Positions 9,824-19,705 of a stretch of DNA of 64,000 nt are shown here, piece after piece (positions within the stretch are counted from its first letter, which is position 1; every line of letters starts with the position of its first letter). The position numbers and the translations under genes were made by a program. This DNA comes from Nostoc sp. DedSLP01. Its GTDB lineage: Bacteria > Cyanobacteriota > Cyanobacteriia > Cyanobacteriales > Nostocaceae. The notes beneath the pieces were generated by a model. The model had not been told where the DNA came from, searched no databases, and worked only from the letters and a program-made list of their open reading frames with translations. The DNA lies in contig JAVRCJ020000035.1 of the NCBI GenBank assembly GCA_034530875.2, positions 1 to 64,000 of the forward strand, given 5' to 3'.

Positions 9824-10624
9824 TCAAGCTTTTTCCTCCAGTGGGAAAATGTCGCCGCGCAAGTAGGAATCAAAGTGTTTTTTAAAGTATTGAATACTCG
9901 TCATATTTGCTTCATCGCTTTCTGTGGGAGTGAATTCATAAATTGGAACTTTTTCCCTCACTAGCTTGACCAATTTAGGATCGAGTTTTTCAAAAGAATC
10001 TACCCTAAATATTGTGGTTTCAAATCTTAATTTAGCAGGATGAGCGTATCCTAATTTCATCCAAGGCATCCAAGGACAATCTCTAGCCCATTTCGCAGGA
10101 GGAACTTTAGTTGCATCAGGACGGCAGGCATTTGAGATAAAATATTCAACTCCCTTAAATTTTTCTCCAGGGCAATAATCTGAGTATTTACTATCTCCTG
10201 CTAAAGGATGTGGATATTCTAAAGGAATTTCCATTACAGAGGTGAGATATGCCTGACCTTTGGGGATGAGAAATTTCTTTGGTTTAACTGAGCCTTGGAC
10301 AATTCTATTAGCAATATGTACTACTGGTACTGGTTGATTTGCTGTTGGTGAGTGCCAAAATTGGAGAATTTCTTGAGTATTGGGGTCGCAAAATAGACCT
10401 AATTCTCTATTTATCCGATGTCCGACTTCACCATATTCAGCATCGGGTTTGATAAATACTTTTGTCGCATTCATCCCAATAATAGAGAACAATTTTTCTT
10501 TTGGTTTGTCTGGTGTCTCTTGCCACCAAATTTCTCCAGACCAATTGTAATAAAGCTGTAATCCATGATTTTTTCTATAAAAATCAAGATTATTCAGTTC
10601 GTAGTCATCTAAATAATCATTCAT
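9824..10624 (-). CDS. DUF1838-like protein (start moved to ATG 10624)
   Basis: WSGE..LF.I.GMN, RELGLFCDP.T.EIL..W, VPVVHIAN and W.R..PWMPWM motifs. The ORF-track extension runs through an STRR. Confidence 0.6.
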   Translation of the reverse strand: MNDYLDDYELNNLDFYRKNHGLQLYYNWSGEIWWQETPDKPKEKLFSIIGMNATKVFIKPDAEYGEVGHRINRELGLFCDPNTQEILQFWHSPTANQPVPVVHIANRIVQGSVKPKKFLIPKGQAYLTSVMEIPLEYPHPLAGDSKYSDYCPGEKFKGVEYFISNACRPDATKVPPAKWARDCPWMPWMKLGYAHPAKLRFETTIFRVDSFEKLDPKLVKLVREKVPIYEFTPTESDEANMTSIQYFKKHFDSYLRGDIFPLEEKA

Positions 10625-10827
10625 ATATAGGAATCCGGCTTGATTATTGAAATTTTTTGCGTAGGTAGGGAGTAGGGAATGGGGAGTAGGTAATCTAGCT
10701 TTTCGATATGTACGGAGTTTTTTCACCAAATCAAATATGATTCCTATAGATGTATCCAGGAAATAGAAAATAAGGGAGCAAGGGTGTACCTAGCGTCCCA
10801 AAAATCAAATAGAATTCTTATACCTTT

Positions 10828-11109
10828 CTAATCTTGCTTGAGTTTTGGCTTTTTCCTACTAAACAAACTAGTCATACTTAACCCAGTAACTAACAAACTC
10901 AAGAGTCCCAATCCGTTCAAAATTGGGTAAATTCCTTGTAAACCAAAGATTTCACCGCGATGAATCGAAAGTAAGAAACTACGGGGAACTCCAAGATTAG
11001 CTGACCACTCGCCTACTAGCGTTGCCGCTATACCAGTTACCAATGTTACAAAAAGTGGTAAAGCTAGAATAATCGCTAGAGTGCGGTGATACTTGCGAAA
11101 TGAACGCAT
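10828..11109 (-). CDS. Small PepSY-associated TM-helix membrane protein
   Basis: FRKYHRTLA...VTG and LLSIHRGE motifs with two hydrophobic helices. Confidence 0.7.
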   Translation of the reverse strand: MRSFRKYHRTLAIILALPLFVTLVTGIAATLVGEWSANLGVPRSFLLSIHRGEIFGLQGIYPILNGLGLLSLLVTGLSMTSLFSRKKPKLKQD

Positions 11110-11147
11110 TATTAAAAATCTCCAGTGGAAATTATCTTAGTGATTTT

Positions 11148-11573
11148 TCACTTTTTAGAAACAGTGGCAATATCTGTATTTAGTGTTTGCAATCCCTTAA
11201 GAGCTTTGGCTTTATCTTTTGCTTTTAGGGCACTTTCCACCTGATTTTCAGTATCTTCGATCGCATTATAAGTTTTGGAAGATTTAGCTTTGACACCATC
11301 TTCAACCTTAGACCAAGCGTCTTCAAACTTGTCAAATTCCTTTTGAGCTTTGTCAAAATTCCCAGCTTGCACAGCAGTCTTTGTATTTGAAACTACACTA
11401 ACCAAAGCATTAAAACCTCCCTGTGGAGCAGTAGACGTTTTAGATACTGTTTTCCCGCCAGTTGTTTCAGTAGTACTAGGAGTCTGGTTAGTAGATTGTT
11501 CGGAACTATTGCATCCTGCGAATGTCAATAGGCTAATTGCAGCCACGGGGATGATGTAAATTAAGCGTTTCAT
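11148..11573 (-). CDS. Helical lipoprotein of unknown function (DUF4363-like)
   Basis: MKRLIY signal peptide with lipobox FAGC; helical bundle with W.KVED.VK; GAGAGG RBS. Confidence 0.65.
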   Translation of the reverse strand: MKRLIYIIPVAAISLLTFAGCNSSEQSTNQTPSTTETTGGKTVSKTSTAPQGGFNALVSVVSNTKTAVQAGNFDKAQKEFDKFEDAWSKVEDGVKAKSSKTYNAIEDTENQVESALKAKDKAKALKGLQTLNTDIATVSKK

Positions 11574-11731
11574 AATACCTCTCTCCAAAATATACTGAGA
11601 TTGAATATATAGTAATCTGATTTGATTCCTGAATTACTCGTAGAAAGGGAACTCTTAACAGAGAACTCTTCAGTACCCAGTCCCCAGTACGATAGTAAAC
11701 ATGATAATTCTCCTCAGCAATTGATAAATCA

Positions 11732-13006
11732 ATGGATAAACGGTTTTTTAAAATTTTTGGGCTAACGGAAGCACAATCGATCGCCATTATCGATACACCT
11801 TTAGAACAACTTGAAGACGCTTCTGATAAATACATTGCGGTTTCGCATTTAATTAATTTCCCCACAGAACAATCGATCGCAGCTTTGGTACGGGCGATTG
11901 AAACCAGTAACCCTGCTGAGTTAGAACACCGTATTGTCCGACGCAAGGCTGTGGAAAGCCTCGGAAGATTGCAAGCCGAATCAGCTTTACCTGTAATTCG
12001 CCAATGCCTTAAAGATGATGATATTTATACTGTGGAAAATGCTGTATGGGCAATTAAAGAAATTGGGACTCAAGACCCTGAAATACTTGAAGAAGTCGCA
12101 CAATTACTCGATAAACCAGGTCAAATTTATCGTGTAATTATTCATACTTTAGCTCATGCCAATTATCAGCCTTCCTTAGAATGCGTGCGTAAATTTACCC
12201 AAGTTGAGGACGAACCTACGCGTAGTGCAGCGATCGCTACAGTTTGTCGCTTTACGGGTGACTATTCCCAAATCGTTGAGGTTGTGGCGTTGTTGCAGAG
12301 TAGCAATGTGAATGCGCGACGCAGTTGCATTCAAGATTTAATTGATTCGCGCTACTACAAAGCCATCCCAGAAATCGCTCGCTGTGCTGTATCTTTGGTG
12401 TTCCGATTGCGAGGATTGCGGATGCTTTTAGATGCAGGCGTTCCCTCTGGTGAAATTAGTTTTGCAGAAGTTCAACCTTACTTAGAGCAAGTATTATACG
12501 ACCATCCCAAAGATATTGATTTAGTACATGAATACGATGTTACGCCTGTATTGAATTTTGTAATTCAGGAACTTTATCAAACTGATTTTGGACGGTGTTA
12601 TTTAGCAACGAAAACCTTGCTAGATATTTATCCACAGGAAGCACCAGAAGCCCTTTTAGCAACATATACAGATTTAGCATATAACGATTATGGCGCTCAC
12701 TATCATGTAATGAAACTTTTGGGATGGCTCAAATATGCTCCTGCTTACGATTTGTTAGTAGAAAACTTGCACAATCGAGAACCCCAATTTCAAAAATCTC
12801 GCGCTGCTTGTGCGATCGCTCTTGGTGAATTGGGTAATCCTCGAGCAATTCCCGAACTCAAAATTTGCCTGAAATCACCAATTTGGGATTTAAAATATGG
12901 TTGTTTATTGGCGTTAGAGCGTTTAGGAGATTCGTCCGGCCGGGAAATTTGCGCTCAGGATCCTGACTGGTTAATTAGAGCGAAAGTAGAGAGTAAAACT
13001 AGTTAA
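11732..13006 (+). CDS. cpeY: Phycoerythrobilin lyase CpeY (alpha Cys82)
   Basis: MDKRFF..FGLTE.Q, RRKAVESLGRL, TDFGRCYLA and DYGAHYH motifs; 424 aa HEAT protein. Confidence 0.85.
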   Translation: MDKRFFKIFGLTEAQSIAIIDTPLEQLEDASDKYIAVSHLINFPTEQSIAALVRAIETSNPAELEHRIVRRKAVESLGRLQAESALPVIRQCLKDDDIYTVENAVWAIKEIGTQDPEILEEVAQLLDKPGQIYRVIIHTLAHANYQPSLECVRKFTQVEDEPTRSAAIATVCRFTGDYSQIVEVVALLQSSNVNARRSCIQDLIDSRYYKAIPEIARCAVSLVFRLRGLRMLLDAGVPSGEISFAEVQPYLEQVLYDHPKDIDLVHEYDVTPVLNFVIQELYQTDFGRCYLATKTLLDIYPQEAPEALLATYTDLAYNDYGAHYHVMKLLGWLKYAPAYDLLVENLHNREPQFQKSRAACAIALGELGNPRAIPELKICLKSPIWDLKYGCLLALERLGDSSGREICAQDPDWLIRAKVESKTS

Positions 13007-13036
13007 TAATAATTTGATTCTAGTTCCCCCCTTCTC

Positions 13037-13268
13037 AAGGCTACGGTGTACACACAAGTCGAGTTACCCCCCTTAATCCCCCCTTATCAAGGGGGGAAAC
13101 CGGAAAATCTAGTTCCCTCACGCCACTTGCTACCCTGCGGGAACGCCAAGGGCGAACAAGTCGGCAGAGCCGCCCAATGCGGTGGCTCCCCTTTACAAGG
13201 GGAGGGTTAGGGTGGGGTAATTCGAGGACTGGTAGTGATTCGATAATTTGTGTGTACACCGTAGCCTT
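13037..13268. mobile_element. MITE with 21-bp terminal inverted repeats and nested small repeats
   Basis: AAGGCTACGGTGTACACACAA (13037-13057) and TTGTGTGTACACCGTAGCCTT (13248-13268) are perfect inverted repeats. Confidence 0.8.
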
Positions 13269-13452
13269 TATAAGGAGAGATGAAGGGGGGTAATAATGCG
13301 ATTAAAATCACACAAAAGCACTTTTAAAACAACCTCTAAGACGCGATGAATCGCGTCTCTACAAAATGGTCTATTTGTCGCATTCTTTTTTATTATTAAA
13401 TATGAAATGAAAACTACTTTCAATTTAAAATCAAAATATAAAATTGGCACGA

Positions 13453-15204
13453 TCAATTATTGCTGTGGACTATTGAATCTTGCAAATTAGCAGGCGTTTT
13501 TTGCACCTGATGCAAAGGAATTTCAATCCAAAATTCGGTTCCTTTGCCTAATTCGGATTCGCATCGCAGTACTCCAGAGTGTTTTTGCACAATAATTTGA
13601 TAGCTAATCGATAATCCTAACCCTGTTCCTTGGCCTACAGGTTTAGTTGTGAAAAACGGATCGAACAATTTTTGTTTAACGTCTTGAGTCATCCCCGGGC
13701 CGTTATCTGCAATTTTGACTAGTACTCGATTGCGATCGACAAGTTGAGTGTTAATTATAATTTGACTGGGGTTGTTCTCAATCTCTTGTGGGGAACGTTG
13801 AGCATTGCACATATCCAGAGCATCGATCGCATTATTAATCACGTTCATAAATACCTGGTTTAATTGTCCTGCATAGCACTCTACCAGAGGCAAGTCACCA
13901 TACTCTTTAATAATTTCAATTTTGGGATGTTCTGGTTTAGCTTTTAATCGATTCTGCAAAATCAGCAGCGTACTATCAATACCTTCGTGAATATCAACTT
14001 CTTTCATGTCTGCTTCATCGAGATGAGAGAAGGTGCGTAATGACAAGACAATCTGCTTAATTCGCTGCGATCCCATCTTCATAGAACTGAGGATTTTGGG
14101 CAAATCTTCTATGAGAAATTCCAAATCAATATCGTCAACTTTTTCCTGAATTTTTGATTTAGAATCCGGAAACTCTTCTTGATAAAGCTGCACCAATTGT
14201 AGCAGTTGTTGTGTATATTCGCTGACGTAAAGAATATTACCAGAGATAAAATTAACGGGATTATTAATTTCGTGTGCTACTCCTGCCACAAGTTGTCCCA
14301 GACTCGACATTTTTTCAGTTTGAATTAGTTGAGCTTGGGTGCTTTGGAGTTCTTGCAAAGCTTTCTGGAGTTCTGATTGTGCCTGTTTGCGTTCGGAAAT
14401 TTCCAACTCCAGACGTTGGTTCATATTAGTTAATTCAGTGTTTTTCATGAAAGTTTCACGAGATTCGGCTAGCTTCACTGCCATGTAGTTAAATCCATTG
14501 GCAAGGTCTTCTACTTCATCTCGTGTTTGAATATCTAAACGATGATCTAAGTTTCCGGCTGCAATTTCTGTTGTTCCTGCTTGTAAATTATGCAAAGACT
14601 TAACGATTGGACGCCAAATCAGCATAAATTTAGCGACAAATAAAATTATAATTACCAGTACGACTGCAAAGGAAATAATTTTCTGTACTTGATATAAGTT
14701 TTCTAATTGTTCTTCAACTAAAAGACTTTGCTGATTTGCACGTTCAACCAATTGAGCGAGAAAAAATTCAATGTCTCTGTCAAAAGAATTAATAGCTCTA
14801 AAATACTGTTGGGAATCTGCTAAAGAAGTCTCGGTAGAATCGAGGTGAGTTAGTTGATTTGCTAACTGACTAAGAAACTGGTGACGGCGACGAATCACTG
14901 ATATTTCTTTCGCATTTGGCATCAAGCGTTCTAACTTATTAAGAGAGTCAATAAACTCACTTGAAGAGTTAACTATTGCTGTATTTCGAATTTTGAGTAA
15001 GACAATATCTTTGAGTTGAATAATTTCAGATTTTAAAGCATTTTCGGCAGTCAGAGCAACTTTAATAGTTTGGGTAGTTTGATTGCTCTTTTCACGGATA
15101 GTCTGCTTAATTTGCTGGACAGCTACAGTATTGCCAACAAGAATTGCTACTATCAATCCGACAGACACAGTGGCACCTGTAAAAAATTTGGTAGATATTT
15201 TCAT
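13453..15204 (-). CDS. Membrane sensor histidine kinase (TM-extracytoplasmic-TM-HAMP-HisKA-HATPase)
   Basis: Two TM helices, HAMP (DEVEDLA..FN.M), H-box AHEINNP, NQVFMN, DNGPG, FFTTKPVGQGTGLGL. Confidence 0.92.
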   Translation of the reverse strand: MKISTKFFTGATVSVGLIVAILVGNTVAVQQIKQTIREKSNQTTQTIKVALTAENALKSEIIQLKDIVLLKIRNTAIVNSSSEFIDSLNKLERLMPNAKEISVIRRRHQFLSQLANQLTHLDSTETSLADSQQYFRAINSFDRDIEFFLAQLVERANQQSLLVEEQLENLYQVQKIISFAVVLVIIILFVAKFMLIWRPIVKSLHNLQAGTTEIAAGNLDHRLDIQTRDEVEDLANGFNYMAVKLAESRETFMKNTELTNMNQRLELEISERKQAQSELQKALQELQSTQAQLIQTEKMSSLGQLVAGVAHEINNPVNFISGNILYVSEYTQQLLQLVQLYQEEFPDSKSKIQEKVDDIDLEFLIEDLPKILSSMKMGSQRIKQIVLSLRTFSHLDEADMKEVDIHEGIDSTLLILQNRLKAKPEHPKIEIIKEYGDLPLVECYAGQLNQVFMNVINNAIDALDMCNAQRSPQEIENNPSQIIINTQLVDRNRVLVKIADNGPGMTQDVKQKLFDPFFTTKPVGQGTGLGLSISYQIIVQKHSGVLRCESELGKGTEFWIEIPLHQVQKTPANLQDSIVHSNN

Positions 15205-16265
15205 TTTGCCGGAACAGAAATTAAGTTGAGATCTTTTCGGAGTTGCTCGATAGAAGCGTAATCTGAATGACTAACAAGGGTGTATCCGGCTGACTCGATT
15301 CCTATAATATCGTCAAGACCTTCTGGACTACTAAGAAAAGCGTGCTTTAATTGTTGGACTACCTCTGACGGTAATTTTTTAGATGTTACTATTAGGAAAT
15401 TAGGTATGGGTGCAGATTTCCATAATATTCTGGAGTGTTGAGATTTTAATTTGTGCTTTTTTTGTTGTTTAGAATAATAAGAAAGATTAACAGCTGCGGC
15501 ATCAACAATACCATCTTCTAATACAGCTATACTTTTGCTATAACTACCGACATAGAGGGCTTGAGCAAAATCTCGATTGGGATCGATTCCTAGTTTTTTC
15601 AAAGTAGCCAGTGGCATTAAATATCCAGAGGTTGATAATTTATCTACAAAGGCAATACGCTTACCTTTAAGGTTTTGTAAGGTTTGGATGGGACTGTCTT
15701 GTTTGACAATAATACATGCCCGATACCAGGGTTGTCCCGTATATTTATCGATCGCAGCAACCAACGGTTCAATTTTAGCACCCCGGTCTACTGCCTCTAA
15801 ATAGCTCATAGGTCCTAAATAAGCCATATCTAGTTTTCCCTGCACCAACCAGTCAACTACTTCGTTGTAATCTTTGCCAATTTGGAAATTTAGTGAAGTT
15901 GCGATCGCATTTTGTCTTTTCTGAGTTTCTTGTGAATTTTGCGTTGCTTGTCTCCCGATGGTTTTTGATTGCGCCTCAATATCAACTTCTTCTCTAACAG
16001 AGTGGTCTAAATATTCTTTTAAAGCTTTAATAGTCTGCTCTTGCTCTAATTGATTGCCAATAGGGATTACACCAATTTTTAAATTGTATAATTTCTGTTG
16101 ATTATTAGTTGAAACACTAGCTACAACAGAGCGATCGGTTTCAGATAATTTTTTGCTACAACCTGTAGTTATTAGTGCCAAACTCACTACTAAAATTAAA
16201 ACTGTATTTTTACTAAATAAAGCATATTTAGCAATCAAATAGGGCGCTGCTAATAATTTTTTCAT
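15201..16265 (-). CDS. PhnD-like phosphate/phosphite/phosphonate-type substrate-binding lipoprotein
   Basis: Lipobox ITTGC; LDMAYLGPMSY, LKGKRIAFVD..STSGYLMP and S.PIP motifs; 4-bp overlap with the kinase. Confidence 0.85.
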   Translation of the reverse strand: MKKLLAAPYLIAKYALFSKNTVLILVVSLALITTGCSKKLSETDRSVVASVSTNNQQKLYNLKIGVIPIGNQLEQEQTIKALKEYLDHSVREEVDIEAQSKTIGRQATQNSQETQKRQNAIATSLNFQIGKDYNEVVDWLVQGKLDMAYLGPMSYLEAVDRGAKIEPLVAAIDKYTGQPWYRACIIVKQDSPIQTLQNLKGKRIAFVDKLSTSGYLMPLATLKKLGIDPNRDFAQALYVGSYSKSIAVLEDGIVDAAAVNLSYYSKQQKKHKLKSQHSRILWKSAPIPNFLIVTSKKLPSEVVQQLKHAFLSSPEGLDDIIGIESAGYTLVSHSDYASIEQLRKDLNLISVPAK

Positions 16266-16353
16266 AATTAAATTTAGGAGTTAGGAGTTAGAAATTAAGA
16301 GCTAGGAGTTAGGAGTTTTCTTTTCACCTCTGCCCCCATCTCCCTACTCTTTG

Positions 16354-19074
16354 TTAAATTGGAATTTGAATCCAAAATTCTGTACCTTGTCCTGGTTCTG
16401 ATATACATTTCAGAATACCACCATGTTTTTCAACTACTATTTGATAGCTGATTGATAGTCCTAGTCCTGTTCCTTTACCCACAGGTTTTGTTGTAAAAAA
16501 TGGATCGAATAACCGCATTCTCACTTCTTCTGGAATTCCGGCTCCATTATCGGCAATCCGAATCACGACAAAACTATTGTCGAAAATTTCCGTCCGAATT
16601 AAAATCTGCGGTTTTTCTGCTGTCTCTACCTTGAACTTTAGCTCTTCTAATGCATCGATCGCATTAGTCAAAATATTCATAAATACCTGATTAAGCTGTC
16701 CGGGATAGCAATCAATTAAGGGTAAATCGCCATATTCTTTAACAATAGATATATCTAGCCCAATTCCATTATTTTTCCAACGATGATGTAAAATTAATAA
16801 AGTATTATCAATTCCTTCATGAATATCAACTTGTTTTTTCTCAGCTTCATCATGTCGGGAAAAGTTACGTAGCCCTAAGACAATTTCACGGATACGATTA
16901 GTACCCATTTCCATCGAAGAGAGGAGTTTATGAAGGTCGTTATTAATAAACTCTAAATCGATTTCTTGAGCAAAAGATTGAATTTCTTTATCCGGTTCTG
17001 GATAATGTTGCTGATATAGGTTCAAGAGACTGAGTAATTCTTTAAAATATTCGTGAGCATAAGTTAAATTGCCATGAATAAAATTAACCGGATTATTGAT
17101 TTCATGGGCAACACCAGCTACTAACTGTCCCAAACTCGACATTTTTTCATGTTGAATTAGTTGAGATTGAGTTTGCTGCAATTTATAGAGAGTTGTAGTA
17201 AGTTTTTCGGCTTGAGTTTGAGCAGCTAAAGTAGCAGAACGACTTTGAGTATAAAGTTGTGCGTGATCGATCGCGATCGCTAATTGGTCGCAAACAGCTT
17301 GTAGGAGATTGATTTCACTGTTAGTCCAAATGCGATCGCCACTACAATGGCTGCAAACAATCGCCCCAATTTCCCCAGAATTGCTCTTAACAGGTAACAC
17401 TAATTGAGCAGTAATTCCACACTCAATTAACAGCGATCGCATATCATCATCAAGATGAGATTTACTATTAACATCATCGATGCAAATTAGTTCTTGAGAA
17501 AGTAGAATTTTTGTCAAACCAGCGCTTTTTTCTCGAGGAATGCTACCTAACATTATGGGTAAGTTAGCGTAATTAGGATTTCGCGCTTCCGAGGTGATAG
17601 TCAGGCTTGGTTCGGATGGGTGCGGTGAATAAGAAATAAAGTAACAGCGGTCAATTTGTAAGAAGCTGCGAATTTCATTAACAGCAGTTTCTAGAATAAT
17701 ATCTAAGTCAAGAGAACTGCGAATTTGACTAGCTAAGCGCAGTAATAATGCTTCGCGGCGGCTGAGAAGTTCTTCTCTAGCCCAAATCCGGTCAATCGCC
17801 ACAGCAATATTATTAGCAATCCAATTTAACAAATTATGAGTTGGTTCGCTAAATAATTGTTGGCTAAATAAAGCTATGATGCCAATTAGTTGTTGTTCTA
17901 CTATTAAAGGATAGGCAGAAAAGCGAAAAATTGAGAAAGGAGAATTTATTAGTAATTCTGGCTGATTAATTGCTAATTCTTGGTTAAAAATGGCTTGATA
18001 GTTTTGATTCATTAAGCCAATAATATTATTAGCTAAAACAATATGACTGGGAAAATCGTGGCTATTATTCAAAGTGCTACAGGCAACGTCTGTACATTGA
18101 ACCCCGGCTTGTAATTCTATCTGATTCGTCTGTCGCTCAAAAGTCCAAATACAAACAAAGGCGATTTTCAGGTATTGTGAAATCGTATTTGTACAGTTTT
18201 GCAGAATTTCTGCAAGTGTACCACTTTGAGATAATGCTAAACTAACTTCTGCACTCAAAAGTGATAAGCGCGATCGCTCTACTAAAGCTAACTCTGAAAG
18301 CTTGCGCTGTGTAATATCAGTACGAATTGATACATATTGATAAGGATTCCCATTGGAGTCTAATATTGGGGTAATCAAAGTATCGACCCAATAAAAAGTT
18401 CCATCTTTAGCTTTATTTTTGACCTCTCCCTTCCAAATTTCGCCTTTCCTAATAGTTTTCCACAAATTCTCAAAGAATTCTTTTGGATGATAACCAGAAT
18501 TAATAATTCGATGGTCTTGTCCTAAAAGTTCTTCTCTAGAATATTTAGAAACTTGACAAAATTGATCGTTAGCATAAGTGATTCTGCCTGTTTTATCAGT
18601 AATAGCTACGAGTGAATGAGTATTCAAGGCAAATTTAAAAGCTTCTAATTCTCGAATATATTTTTGTAGAACAATTCCATTCTCTTTCTTGAGAGAAATA
18701 TCCCTGGCTCCTGCATAAATTAGCTTCTCTCCCCTCAAGCTAGTTGCATTCCATGACAGCCATTTATAGTCACCATTTTTACAAAGGTAGCGGTTTTCAA
18801 AGCCAATTACATCTATACAACGTGCGAGTTTTTTAGCTGCTAGAAGAGTTGATTTCCGGTCTTCAGGGTGAACAAATTCAATAAAGGGTTTCGCAAGAAA
18901 TTCTTCAATTGACCAACCTAACGTTTTTGCCCATACTGGATTTAAATACTTGAAATAACCATCAAAACTAGCAATACACAGTAAATCTATAGAAAGTGAG
19001 AAAAATCGAAAGTATTTTTCTTCAAATTGTTGGAACTCAGATTTAGCTAGCTTCATCAGTTTTTTCGGGTTCAA
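16354..19074 (-). CDS. Cytoplasmic PAS-PAS-GAF-GAF histidine kinase
   Basis: PAS/PAC (FVHPEDR, KDGTFYWV), GAF (DRC...QLAIAIDHAQLY), HEINNP and G boxes. Confidence 0.92.
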   Translation of the reverse strand: MNPKKLMKLAKSEFQQFEEKYFRFFSLSIDLLCIASFDGYFKYLNPVWAKTLGWSIEEFLAKPFIEFVHPEDRKSTLLAAKKLARCIDVIGFENRYLCKNGDYKWLSWNATSLRGEKLIYAGARDISLKKENGIVLQKYIRELEAFKFALNTHSLVAITDKTGRITYANDQFCQVSKYSREELLGQDHRIINSGYHPKEFFENLWKTIRKGEIWKGEVKNKAKDGTFYWVDTLITPILDSNGNPYQYVSIRTDITQRKLSELALVERSRLSLLSAEVSLALSQSGTLAEILQNCTNTISQYLKIAFVCIWTFERQTNQIELQAGVQCTDVACSTLNNSHDFPSHIVLANNIIGLMNQNYQAIFNQELAINQPELLINSPFSIFRFSAYPLIVEQQLIGIIALFSQQLFSEPTHNLLNWIANNIAVAIDRIWAREELLSRREALLLRLASQIRSSLDLDIILETAVNEIRSFLQIDRCYFISYSPHPSEPSLTITSEARNPNYANLPIMLGSIPREKSAGLTKILLSQELICIDDVNSKSHLDDDMRSLLIECGITAQLVLPVKSNSGEIGAIVCSHCSGDRIWTNSEINLLQAVCDQLAIAIDHAQLYTQSRSATLAAQTQAEKLTTTLYKLQQTQSQLIQHEKMSSLGQLVAGVAHEINNPVNFIHGNLTYAHEYFKELLSLLNLYQQHYPEPDKEIQSFAQEIDLEFINNDLHKLLSSMEMGTNRIREIVLGLRNFSRHDEAEKKQVDIHEGIDNTLLILHHRWKNNGIGLDISIVKEYGDLPLIDCYPGQLNQVFMNILTNAIDALEELKFKVETAEKPQILIRTEIFDNSFVVIRIADNGAGIPEEVRMRLFDPFFTTKPVGKGTGLGLSISYQIVVEKHGGILKCISEPGQGTEFWIQIPI

Positions 19075-19427
19075 ACTTATTTAATATTTGCCAAATAAGT
19101 TAATACGTTTTCGTAAATTGAATAACCTTCCTCATGCGATATTGTTGAGCTAGAGGCTGGCTAACTTTTATTGCGATGAATATTCGGCTATCTGCGAATA
19201 ATTACGTAAATAACTAGTTAATAGAAGTCAGAAATATAGCTATTTTTTAGCTAGTAAACTAGCTTGCTGTTCATCAAATCCTCTATTAAATATAGGTTTC
19301 CCTAAAAAACTGTAAAGTAAACATTGATATTGTCTGTTTAAAATAAGAAGTGTTACGTAAATTAATTTAACGAAACGCTACAAAAAAATGCTAGTGCGAA
19401 GAAATCGTTTTGCGTAAGCACTATCAA

Positions 19428-19653
19428 TAGACCTGCCTTGAAAATAGGGAGTAGGGAATGGGGAGTGGGGAATAGGGAGTGGGGAATGGGGAAAATAAAT
19501 TTTCATTGTTCCTTGTGAGCGCAACTCATGGAGTAAGAGTGCAAAACTCTTTTTGCAAGAGGGGGTAAAGGGAAAAGGTAAAAGGGAAAGGGTTTTTTCT
19601 TATCCCTTTCCCCTTTCCCCCTTAACCTTTTCCCAACTTCTGCAAGAAGTCTA
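19428..19653. mobile_element. Degenerate MITE with IS5-like ends, filled with STRR
   Basis: Right end CTTCTGCAAGAAGTCTA resembles the IS end at 57-75; degenerate left end TAGACCT; the interior holds GGGAATG/GGGAGTG tracts. Confidence 0.5.
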
Positions 19654-19705
19654 ATCATCAATCTTTTGTAGAGATGGCGATAAATTGCGTCTCTAGTTCT
19701 AGCCT

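Noticed and set aside
13041..13456. Two short minus-strand ORFs
   Set aside because: They lie within MITE/REP sequence.
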